The position numbers and the translations under genes were made by a program. Under the pieces are notes generated by a model. That model was given only the letters and a program-made list of their open reading frames with translations. It was not told where the DNA came from and ran no database searches. From the sequence record DRR723986_5784: a DNA stretch of 37,457 nt; one strand, 5' to 3'. Positions 30,615 to 37,457 of this stretch are shown piece by piece. How positions within the stretch are numbered: position 1 is the first letter of the stretch; each line of letters starts with the position of its first letter.

Positions 30615-31682
30615 CTATTTTGCCGGGGCCGGTCCGCGCACCAATCCCGGGACGATGTCGATGTCCAAAGGTGCCATTTCGCCGGCGTGAAATTTCTCCC
30701 AAGCGATGGCGCCCATGACGGCATTGTCAGTGCACAACTCCGGAGGAGCGACAACCAGCTCGAGACCTTCGTCACGTGCCATGTCGGCAAGCTCTTGACG
30801 AAACACGCTGTTAGCCGCCACGCCGCCGCCCACACAGAGTCGCTTCAATCCGGTTTTCTGACAAGCGAGTTTTGCTTTGCCAACGATACACGCCACAGCC
30901 GCTTGTTCGAAACTAGCGGCAATATCAGCCTTGCGTTGCTGAGGGATTTCGACCTGTGAAAAATCTTGCTTGCCAACGCCGACCAGCTTGTAACGGACTG
31001 CGGTCTTCAATCCTGAAAAACTCATATTCAACGTCGACTTGTCGGCCAACATCGGACGCGGAAGCTCGACAGCTCTGGCATCACCGCTCCTCGCAAGGCG
31101 ACTGACGTGGGGACCGCCAGGGTAGGGCAGCCCCAGCATCACGGCAACTTTATCAAAGGCCTCTCCAACGGCGTCATCGATGGTTCCACCTAAGTACCCC
31201 CACTGCGTAGCGGACTCGCAACGATAAAGGTTGGTGTGTCCGCCGCTAACAACAAATCCAACACACGGAAATATGCTCTCCTGGCGGTCGAGTTGGCACG
31301 CGTAAATGTGAGCTTGAACGTGGTTGATTTCGACCAGCGGCTTATCCCAAGCCAGGCAAAGGGCCTTTGCGGCCGACAAACCAACCAACAGCGAACCGGG
31401 CAAGCCAGGTTGAGTAGCGACAGCAATCGCGGCAAGATCGTCGGCAGGCGAAATTTCAGAATCCACAATCACTTTGTCAACGATTGGGACGATGCGTTCA
31501 AGGTGCGCTCGCGCGGCCAATTCCGGAACGACGCCATGAAAACGCTCGTGAACTTCTTCCTGACTTGCAACAGCCGACGCAATCACATTCCGCTCGCCGT
31601 CAATCACCGCGGCGGCTGTCTCGTCACAGGTCGATTCTATGGTCAGCAAATACACGTCAACACTGGACTCGGTTAGACTCAT
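30615..31682 (-). CDS. tsaD: tRNA N6-threonylcarbamoyltransferase subunit TsaD
   Basis: IESTCDET, VVPELAARAH, NHVQAH, VSGGHT, DDAVGEAFDK, GGVAAN, CTDNA. Confidence 0.95.
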   Translation of the reverse strand: MSLTESSVDVYLLTIESTCDETAAAVIDGERNVIASAVASQEEVHERFHGVVPELAARAHLERIVPIVDKVIVDSEISPADDLAAIAVATQPGLPGSLLVGLSAAKALCLAWDKPLVEINHVQAHIYACQLDRQESIFPCVGFVVSGGHTNLYRCESATQWGYLGGTIDDAVGEAFDKVAVMLGLPYPGGPHVSRLARSGDARAVELPRPMLADKSTLNMSFSGLKTAVRYKLVGVGKQDFSQVEIPQQRKADIAASFEQAAVACIVGKAKLACQKTGLKRLCVGGGVAANSVFRQELADMARDEGLELVVAPPELCTDNAVMGAIAWEKFHAGEMAPLDIDIVPGLVRGPAPAK

Positions 31683-31837
31683 TGGGACAAAGACGTCGAA
31701 GTTTACGCCCCGCATCTGCAGGGAAGCGTCGATTGTACGCTCCTCAAGTAGAAATTAGTATGAGCGACCAAGATTGTTTGATCGATCAACACGAAGCCTC
31801 TCCGCCCAACGCCCTCGCACCCTGAAACAGGTGACGC

Positions 31838-32404
31838 ATGAATCCTTCCGATGAAGTCCCACCTCCGGTCGCAGCGGACCAAGGTCAGGCAGAACAAGAA
31901 CTCTCCAGCTTTGATCCGGCGACCATCGAGCGGCCTGATCCGCTGTTGATGCGATACTACATATTTACGTCGCTGTTGACCGGACCGCTGTTTCCGATCG
32001 TCATCCTGCCGCTTTGGTTTCGCTACATGACACTGCATTACAAGCTCGATGGCGAAGGCGTGGCGATGCGGTGGGGAATTCTATTCCGCAAAGAAGTTTA
32101 CCTAACATACCGTCGCATCCAGGATATCCACGTGACGAAGAATTTCATTCAACGTTGGATGGGCTTGGCAAAAATCAGTGTGCAAACTGCGTCGGGAAGC
32201 TCGGCGGCCGAAATGACCATCGAAGGAATCTTGCAGCCTGAACTACTGCGAGATTACCTGTACAGTCGCATGCGTGGCGCGGTCGACGAGAACCAATCCG
32301 ACCAGCAGTCGGATTCAACCAGTGGATCTTCAGCAACAGATCACCTGGTGAGCATCCGTGATTCGATGCAGCAGCTTGTCAACCTTACCAAGGGAGACAA
32401 CTGA
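31838..32404 (+). CDS. Membrane-anchored bacterial PH (bPH_2, YdbS-like) protein
   Basis: TM hairpin then GILFRKE...YRRIQDI...QRWMGLAKI.VQTASG. Confidence 0.82.
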   Translation: MNPSDEVPPPVAADQGQAEQELSSFDPATIERPDPLLMRYYIFTSLLTGPLFPIVILPLWFRYMTLHYKLDGEGVAMRWGILFRKEVYLTYRRIQDIHVTKNFIQRWMGLAKISVQTASGSSAAEMTIEGILQPELLRDYLYSRMRGAVDENQSDQQSDSTSGSSATDHLVSIRDSMQQLVNLTKGDN

Positions 32405-33147
32405 TGCTCGTTCCAGAAAAAGCCGTCCTACGTGTTAGCAAGTGGTGCTATCGCGGAGTCTTCTCAATCGTCACTCGATGGTTAAAGGTTCCCGAACAGC
32501 CACCGCAAATCCGTGGCGCGGACGACGAGAACATTGAAGCCTTTCGGCCTTCGGAAGGCTTCCTTCGCTACATGAAATTTTTCTTCTGGATTGGGCTCGT
32601 CATCTTCGATGGCATCCTCTTCGTTATTTGGCTTGCCATACTCATTGCCCAGCCAATCATCGGTATCGTTATTGCGCCGATTGCATTCGCCGTGATGGTC
32701 ATCCCTGACATTGTCGCATACATCGCAATCCACCTGCGCTACGACACAACCTGGTATGTTCTCAGCGATCGCAGCATGCGTCTACGCCGGGGCATATGGT
32801 TCATCCACGAAACCACGATCACCTACGACAACATTCAAAATGTTTCCATTAAGCAAGGCCCCTTGCAGCGGCACTTCGGGATTGCCGATGTACTGGTGGA
32901 GACCGCCGGAGGTGGATCCAAAGGTAGCGGCGAAGAATCCGGAGGGCTCAGCCATGCCGGACTTGTGGAAGGTGTAAGCAACCACGAGGAAATCAGAAAG
33001 CAGATTCTGGCTAAGTGGAAAGAATCGCGAAGCGCTGGACTCGGAGATGAAGAACAAGAGACCACATCGAAGAGCTCCGAGCGTGATCGACAACTCTTGG
33101 CCGAAATCGACTCGCTCGCAAAACAACTAGTCGCACTCGAGAGTTGA
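32404..33147 (+). CDS. Membrane-anchored bacterial PH (bPH_2) protein
   Basis: Two TM helices then RRGIW...ETTITYDNIQNV...QGPLQRHFGIADV.VETAGG; TGATG coupling to the upstream gene. Confidence 0.85.
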   Translation: MLVPEKAVLRVSKWCYRGVFSIVTRWLKVPEQPPQIRGADDENIEAFRPSEGFLRYMKFFFWIGLVIFDGILFVIWLAILIAQPIIGIVIAPIAFAVMVIPDIVAYIAIHLRYDTTWYVLSDRSMRLRRGIWFIHETTITYDNIQNVSIKQGPLQRHFGIADVLVETAGGGSKGSGEESGGLSHAGLVEGVSNHEEIRKQILAKWKESRSAGLGDEEQETTSKSSERDRQLLAEIDSLAKQLVALES

Positions 33148-33208
33148 ACGAGCGCACGTTAGTTTCAGCTCTGGCTTGGTGCAAAACTATCGAAAATTGC
33201 GGATGCAG

Positions 33209-33574
33209 TTAAGCAACCTCTACACCTAGATCGGTTAGAAAATCGAAGGTGAAGATCCCTGAATCGTGACCGTCGGAAAAGGCGATGTTGTAGGCATAGT
33301 TTCCAACTGGTCGCATCGATGAAATCGCTAGTGGTCGGGCCTCTTCAATGCTCAGGACCGGCAGCATGGCGGGTGAACCGGTACTGCCGGACTTTTTCTC
33401 TCGGCACGTCGCACAGGGACAGGCCTTTCGTAGCTCGCCCGGTGAATACTCCCGCTTCGAGCCGTCGTCAAATTCGATGACCAAATTGCCATCATCGGTG
33501 CGATTGAGTGCGGTCGGAATCACGTTCTTGGTTTCTTCGCTGTGGTGATCGATCGTTCTAGGTCGTCGCCTCAT
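33209..33574 (-). CDS. DUF971 (GBBH N-terminal-like) protein
   Basis: LRKACPCATC, VGNYAYNIAFSDGHDSGIF; start may be GTG 33523. Confidence 0.88.
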   Translation of the reverse strand: MRRRPRTIDHHSEETKNVIPTALNRTDDGNLVIEFDDGSKREYSPGELRKACPCATCREKKSGSTGSPAMLPVLSIEEARPLAISSMRPVGNYAYNIAFSDGHDSGIFTFDFLTDLGVEVA

Positions 33575-33684
33575 TATTGCTGTCGAGCAATCTCAAAGGC
33601 TTAGCAACAGCTTAGAGCGGCCCGCGAGCGTGGCAAGCCAAGGTTTCGACTGTGTGCCGCGACTCCGATTAAAGCAGATGGAAC

Positions 33685-33740
33685 ACTAATGCCGATAAAC
33701 CTACCGCAACGGCATACTTGACTAAATTGGTCGCATTAGT
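33685..33740. promoter_or_regulatory. Candidate Rrf2 operator overlapping the cysH -35 element
   Basis: ATACTTGACTAAATTGGTCGCATTA (33714-33738) resembles the IscR type-1 consensus; enclosed by inverted repeat ACTAATGC/GCATTAGT. Confidence 0.55.
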
Positions 33741-33877
33741 AACAGTTGACGTAAGCATTGCCGATCTGTGAACGTCTGCCAGTTAGTTCGTGCGTCGAAA
33801 CTCATCGAAGTGACCGTTTGCTGAGTTGCCCGAACTGAACTTCAGCCCTAATAACTGGACATTACGAGGCAGGATTC

Positions 33878-34702
33878 ATGGAAACGGCACGAGCAACACA
33901 CACAATCTTGAAGTCCCCCAACCCTGTCGCGGAACTTCGGGTATTACGGCCAGAAGAAGTTGAAAGCACATCAAGTATGCAGGATGAGAAGCCGCAAATA
34001 GAGACTCCCAGCGAAGCGTTCCTGAAGGAATTAGCCGCCGAGAGCGTTCAACTTGAGAAGGCAACACCACGCGAAATCTTGCGATGGGCCGTTGATCGAT
34101 ACGCGCCCAAGTTTGCCATGGCCACCGCGTTTGGCCCCGAAGGCATGACGATTATCCATATGCTGGCAGAGGTCGCTCCGGAAACGCCGGTGTTCAACTT
34201 GGACACTGGTTATCAGTTCGCCGAAACGCTCGAACTACGCGAGGAAGTCAAACGCCGGTATGGAATCGAAGTAGAACTGAAGAAACCTGAACTGACGGTA
34301 GAGCAATACGAAGCAGCCAACGGCGGGCCTGTCTACAAACATGATCCGGCCCGCTGCTGCGGCGACCGGAAGCTGAAAGTGCTCCACAAAGCAGCCAGAG
34401 ACTACGATGCCTGGGCCAGTGCGATTCGCCGTGATCAAAGCCCCGATCGTGCTAAGGCTCCAATTGCTGGCTGGGACAAAAAGTTTGGTCTGGTGAAAGT
34501 CAGCCCTCTGGCCAACTCGACGAAACAAGATGTTTGGAAGATGATTACCGACGAAAATGTTCCATACAATCCCTTGCACGACAAAGGCTACACCAGCATT
34601 GGCTGCTGGCCGTGCACGCGCAGCGTTCTACCGGGAGAAGATGAACGGGCAGGGCGGTGGAGCGGGTTTGCCAAGACCGAGTGTGGCCTCCATTCTTCCT
34701 AG
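33878..34702 (+). CDS. cysH: APS/PAPS reductase, [4Fe-4S] type
   Basis: LDTGYQF.ET, RCC, SIGCWPCT, RAGRW, KTECGLH; the CC plus CxxC cluster ligands favour APS reductase. Confidence 0.93.
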   Translation: METARATHTILKSPNPVAELRVLRPEEVESTSSMQDEKPQIETPSEAFLKELAAESVQLEKATPREILRWAVDRYAPKFAMATAFGPEGMTIIHMLAEVAPETPVFNLDTGYQFAETLELREEVKRRYGIEVELKKPELTVEQYEAANGGPVYKHDPARCCGDRKLKVLHKAARDYDAWASAIRRDQSPDRAKAPIAGWDKKFGLVKVSPLANSTKQDVWKMITDENVPYNPLHDKGYTSIGCWPCTRSVLPGEDERAGRWSGFAKTECGLHSS

Positions 34703-34709
34703 TGCCACT

Positions 34710-34763
34710 GCACTCGTGTCGCACCCGTGTCACCATCCCATGCAGCACTCCTTGGCACCTGTG
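34710..34763. repeat. 10-11 bp GCAC-initiated direct repeats between cysH and rrf2
   Basis: GCACTCGTGTC GCACCCGTGTC ... GCACTCCTTG GCACCTGTG. Confidence 0.6.
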
Positions 34764-34773
34764 GCTGGACTAG

Positions 34774-35202
34774 ATGATGCAATTACCTGTTAAATCACAT
34801 TATGCCGTCGTCGCCATGCTCGCGCTTGCGGAGAAGTTCCACAGCGGGCAACTGCTGTCCGCTAAGCAAATCGCAAGCGACCAGGGCATTCCGAATCAGT
34901 TCCTGACTCAAATCATGCAACAGTTGCGTGCTGCCGGGTTAGTGACAAGCGTTCGAGGTGCCAGCGGAGGGTTTCAACTGTGCAGCCCACCAGAAAACAC
35001 CTCGATTGGTGACGTGGTCCAAGCCGTCTGCCCACCGTCGGCTCGCGAGAGCGTGTGTACGAAAAGTTCTTTCAGCTCCACGGTCGATCGGATTTTTGCT
35101 GATCTCCAGGCAACCCAAATGGATGTGATCGATTCGATCACACTGGCCGAGGTATTGCAACAATCACAGGCGAAGTCGACCGAAGTCATGTTCTACATCT
35201 AG
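34774..35202 (+). CDS. Rrf2-family regulator, CymR-like
   Basis: YAV.AM..LA, IA..Q.IP..FL.QI...LR.AGLV.SVRGASGGF; C-terminal MFYI. Confidence 0.9.
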   Translation: MMQLPVKSHYAVVAMLALAEKFHSGQLLSAKQIASDQGIPNQFLTQIMQQLRAAGLVTSVRGASGGFQLCSPPENTSIGDVVQAVCPPSARESVCTKSSFSSTVDRIFADLQATQMDVIDSITLAEVLQQSQAKSTEVMFYI

Positions 35203-35355
35203 CCTTCAGTCGTAGCTTCCGCCACGTCTTGACTCTACAATGACCTGCCTGACATTCGGCGGTTCTATCTTTCCGCCCCCAGCTTGTCCAAACATCCCTT
35301 TACGTCGGACAAAATCGCGTTGTTTCAGAATCGCGTCGTTACAGAGTAGCCCAGT

Positions 35356-36324
35356 ATGAACAAGCCGACCGTCTATGTGGCTCGCAAGATTCCGGAATGC
35401 GGCCTTGAGTTGTTACGAAAACACTGTTCAGTTCGTGTTCACCAGGGCGACCTTCCTCCTACGCGTGACGAATTGATCGACGCAGTTCAAGGCGCTGAGG
35501 GAATTGTTAGCCTGCTGAGTGATCGAATCGATGCCGACTTTTTTGAGGCTGCCGGCGATCAACTTCGCGTCGTTGCGAACTACGCGGTGGGCTTCAACAA
35601 TATCGACGTCGATGAAGCTTCCCGCCGCAACATCCAAATTGGTAACACGCCCGATGTGCTCACCGATGCTACCGCGGATATGGCAGTGGCACTGACGCTG
35701 GCGGCCGCGCGACAACTTCGTTCGGGAAGTGACGCGGTCCGCAGTGGAGCGTGGAAGACGTGGGAACCGCTCGGCTGGTTAGGCCCCGAGCTGGCTGGCA
35801 AGACGCTCGGCATCGTTGGCATGGGGCGGATCGGCGCCGCAGTTGCTCGGCGGCTCCGCGGCGGCTGGCGCATGAATGTGGTCTACACTTCCCGAAGCTC
35901 GAAACCGGACATTGAAAATGAGCTAGGCGCAAAACACGTTGAACTCGACGAGCTTCTGCGAGTTAGTGATGTTGTCAGCGTTCATGCTCCGCTGAGCGAC
36001 GCAACAAAGCACATGATTGGCAAGTCAGAATTCTCTGCGATGAAATCAACCGCCGTCTTCGTCAACACCGCGCGAGGCGAAGTCGTCGACCAAGCTGCTA
36101 TGATCGAAGCCCTAGAATCTGATGAGATCTTCGCGGCCGGATTGGACGTCTGCACCCCCGAACCTCTTCCAACAGACTCTGCGTTGTTGAAGTTACCCAA
36201 CTGTATCCTTGTTCCACACATCGGCAGTGCGACCGTGGAAGCGAGAGATGCAATGAGTATGCGTGCGGCGGAAAACATCATCGCCGGAATTGGCGGCCAG
36301 CCCTTACCTTATGCCGTCAACTAG
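35356..36324 (+). CDS. D-2-hydroxyacid dehydrogenase (glyoxylate/hydroxypyruvate reductase)
   Basis: AVGFNNID, NTPDVLTDATAD, GMGRIG, NTARG, GLDV..PEP, PHIGSAT. Confidence 0.92.
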   Translation: MNKPTVYVARKIPECGLELLRKHCSVRVHQGDLPPTRDELIDAVQGAEGIVSLLSDRIDADFFEAAGDQLRVVANYAVGFNNIDVDEASRRNIQIGNTPDVLTDATADMAVALTLAAARQLRSGSDAVRSGAWKTWEPLGWLGPELAGKTLGIVGMGRIGAAVARRLRGGWRMNVVYTSRSSKPDIENELGAKHVELDELLRVSDVVSVHAPLSDATKHMIGKSEFSAMKSTAVFVNTARGEVVDQAAMIEALESDEIFAAGLDVCTPEPLPTDSALLKLPNCILVPHIGSATVEARDAMSMRAAENIIAGIGGQPLPYAVN

Positions 36325-36363
36325 TCTCGTATTCTGCATACCAAGCCAACCAACTAACCGCTC

Positions 36364-36846
36364 ATGACATCAGCTCAGCCCATCAAGCCTCACCGCAAGC
36401 CCAGCCACGGCGCGGTTGCCATCGTTATTGAGAATGGAAAGTTCTTAGTCATCCGCAGAAGTGCGACGGTGCGTGCGCCTAACATGCTGTGCTTCGCCGG
36501 TGGCACGATTGAACAAGACGAGACGCCGGAGCAGACAATCGTCCGTGAAATGCAAGAAGAACTGGGTCTGCAAGTAACCTGCGAACGACATGTGTGGCAA
36601 AGTAAGACGTCTTGGGGCACACAGCTTGAGTGGATGTTGGTGCACCGGACTGATGGTCAGACTCCTGTTCCTAACCCAGACGAGGTATCGGAGTACTTCT
36701 GGTTGACCGGAGACGAACTCTTGGCGCACCAAGACACACTACCAAGCGTGCCGGCGTTCTATGTTGCCTGGGCAAATGGCGAATTTGAGTTGCCGAGCTC
36801 TGCAGGCGAACCATCAACCAAGTGGACAAAACTCCCGACACATTGA
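36364..36846 (+). CDS. NUDIX hydrolase
   Basis: Nudix box G-TIEQD-E-TPEQTIV-REMQEELGL. Confidence 0.9.
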   Translation: MTSAQPIKPHRKPSHGAVAIVIENGKFLVIRRSATVRAPNMLCFAGGTIEQDETPEQTIVREMQEELGLQVTCERHVWQSKTSWGTQLEWMLVHRTDGQTPVPNPDEVSEYFWLTGDELLAHQDTLPSVPAFYVAWANGEFELPSSAGEPSTKWTKLPTH

Positions 36847-36940
36847 ACAACGGAACTAGTTGCATCACTCGCAGGCCGAGTCGACAAAGCATCCAACTTG
36901 CGTGAAACAGATTGTGCTTCAATTCGGAAAGTGACTTTCT

Positions 36941-37435
36941 ATGGCCACCCCTGAGGACGATGGGATCATTGACTCCCTCCTGAGCTTTATGCCTGGCTAC
37001 ACTGCTTACAAAGACGCAAGTCGTTGGCTGGAAGATGATCGGGAAACGCGTGCGTTTATCGCGAAACGCATTGATGACTGCACGGGCCAGCTCGACAGCA
37101 TCCTTCGCTCGGCGGCAAACGCCGTCAAATTGGCACTGGTCGCAGAGGCCGAGAGTTGTCGCAAGTCCCTGCAACTGAGCAAGTCACGGGTTCAATCATC
37201 CGTGGAGGGAAAAGCGACTTGGCTATCTACAGGCAGGACGTCTGAATCAACCATTGCCGCCATTCGCGAGCACGATTTGGGGCTAGTCTCGATTGTCGAT
37301 CGAATCGACGCGACGCTTCAGCAAACGGCCAAAGACCTGGACCACTGGAAGAGCGACGGCGCACAGACGCTAGTCGCAGAACTCGACGCCAAGCTGGATC
37401 GTCGCGACGAATTACTCAAGCACCCGATTGACTAG
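36941..37435 (+). CDS. Hypothetical alpha-helical protein
   Basis: 164-aa ORF co-directional with upstream genes; amphipathic helical pattern; no family recognised with confidence. Confidence 0.7.
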   Translation: MATPEDDGIIDSLLSFMPGYTAYKDASRWLEDDRETRAFIAKRIDDCTGQLDSILRSAANAVKLALVAEAESCRKSLQLSKSRVQSSVEGKATWLSTGRTSESTIAAIREHDLGLVSIVDRIDATLQQTAKDLDHWKSDGAQTLVAELDAKLDRRDELLKHPID

Positions 37436-37457
37436 AGCGTTTCCAGTTCGGATGTAG

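Noticed and set aside
31778-31789. TTGATCGATCAA palindrome as an FNR box
   Set aside because: Half-sites are separated by 2 nt rather than 4, and CGATCG/ATCGAT words are frequent throughout this window.
33741-33877. SAM-I riboswitch upstream of cysH
   Set aside because: CTCATCG is present, but the GAGGGA kink-turn, GCAACC and closing GAT elements are missing.

Overview
Gene-dense, mostly housekeeping bacterial chromosome segment with about 31 CDS. No rRNA, tRNA, CRISPR array, integrase or transposase was recognised. The gene content (SHD1 protein, DUF1598, Tat-exported PQQ-type propeller, Ser/Thr kinase beside an ECF sigma, futalosine pathway) points to Planctomycetota, probably Pirellulaceae (inference). 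Metabolic genes are korAB, mqnA/mqnC, queD, trxA, monomeric icd, aroB, tsaD, cysH and glyoxylate/glycerate-type enzymes. Three regulatory modules stand out. (1) An ECF sigma of the Neisseria sigmaE/TIGR02943 type is translationally coupled to a membrane-anchor-free protein that fuses a Cys/His-less, Ser-rich anti-sigma-like domain, an intact Hanks kinase and a Cache-like sensor; this is the best candidate for an undescribed signalling system. (2) A BldC/CarH-like regulator whose cobalamin-binding domain has lost both His ligands is divergent from a sigma70 lacking the Trp dyad, with GAAC repeats between them. (3) A DUF971 / cysH-rrf2 locus has a CymR-type MFYI tail, an Rrf2-like operator and a structured leader. 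All family calls come from motif recognition by eye; no searches were run.
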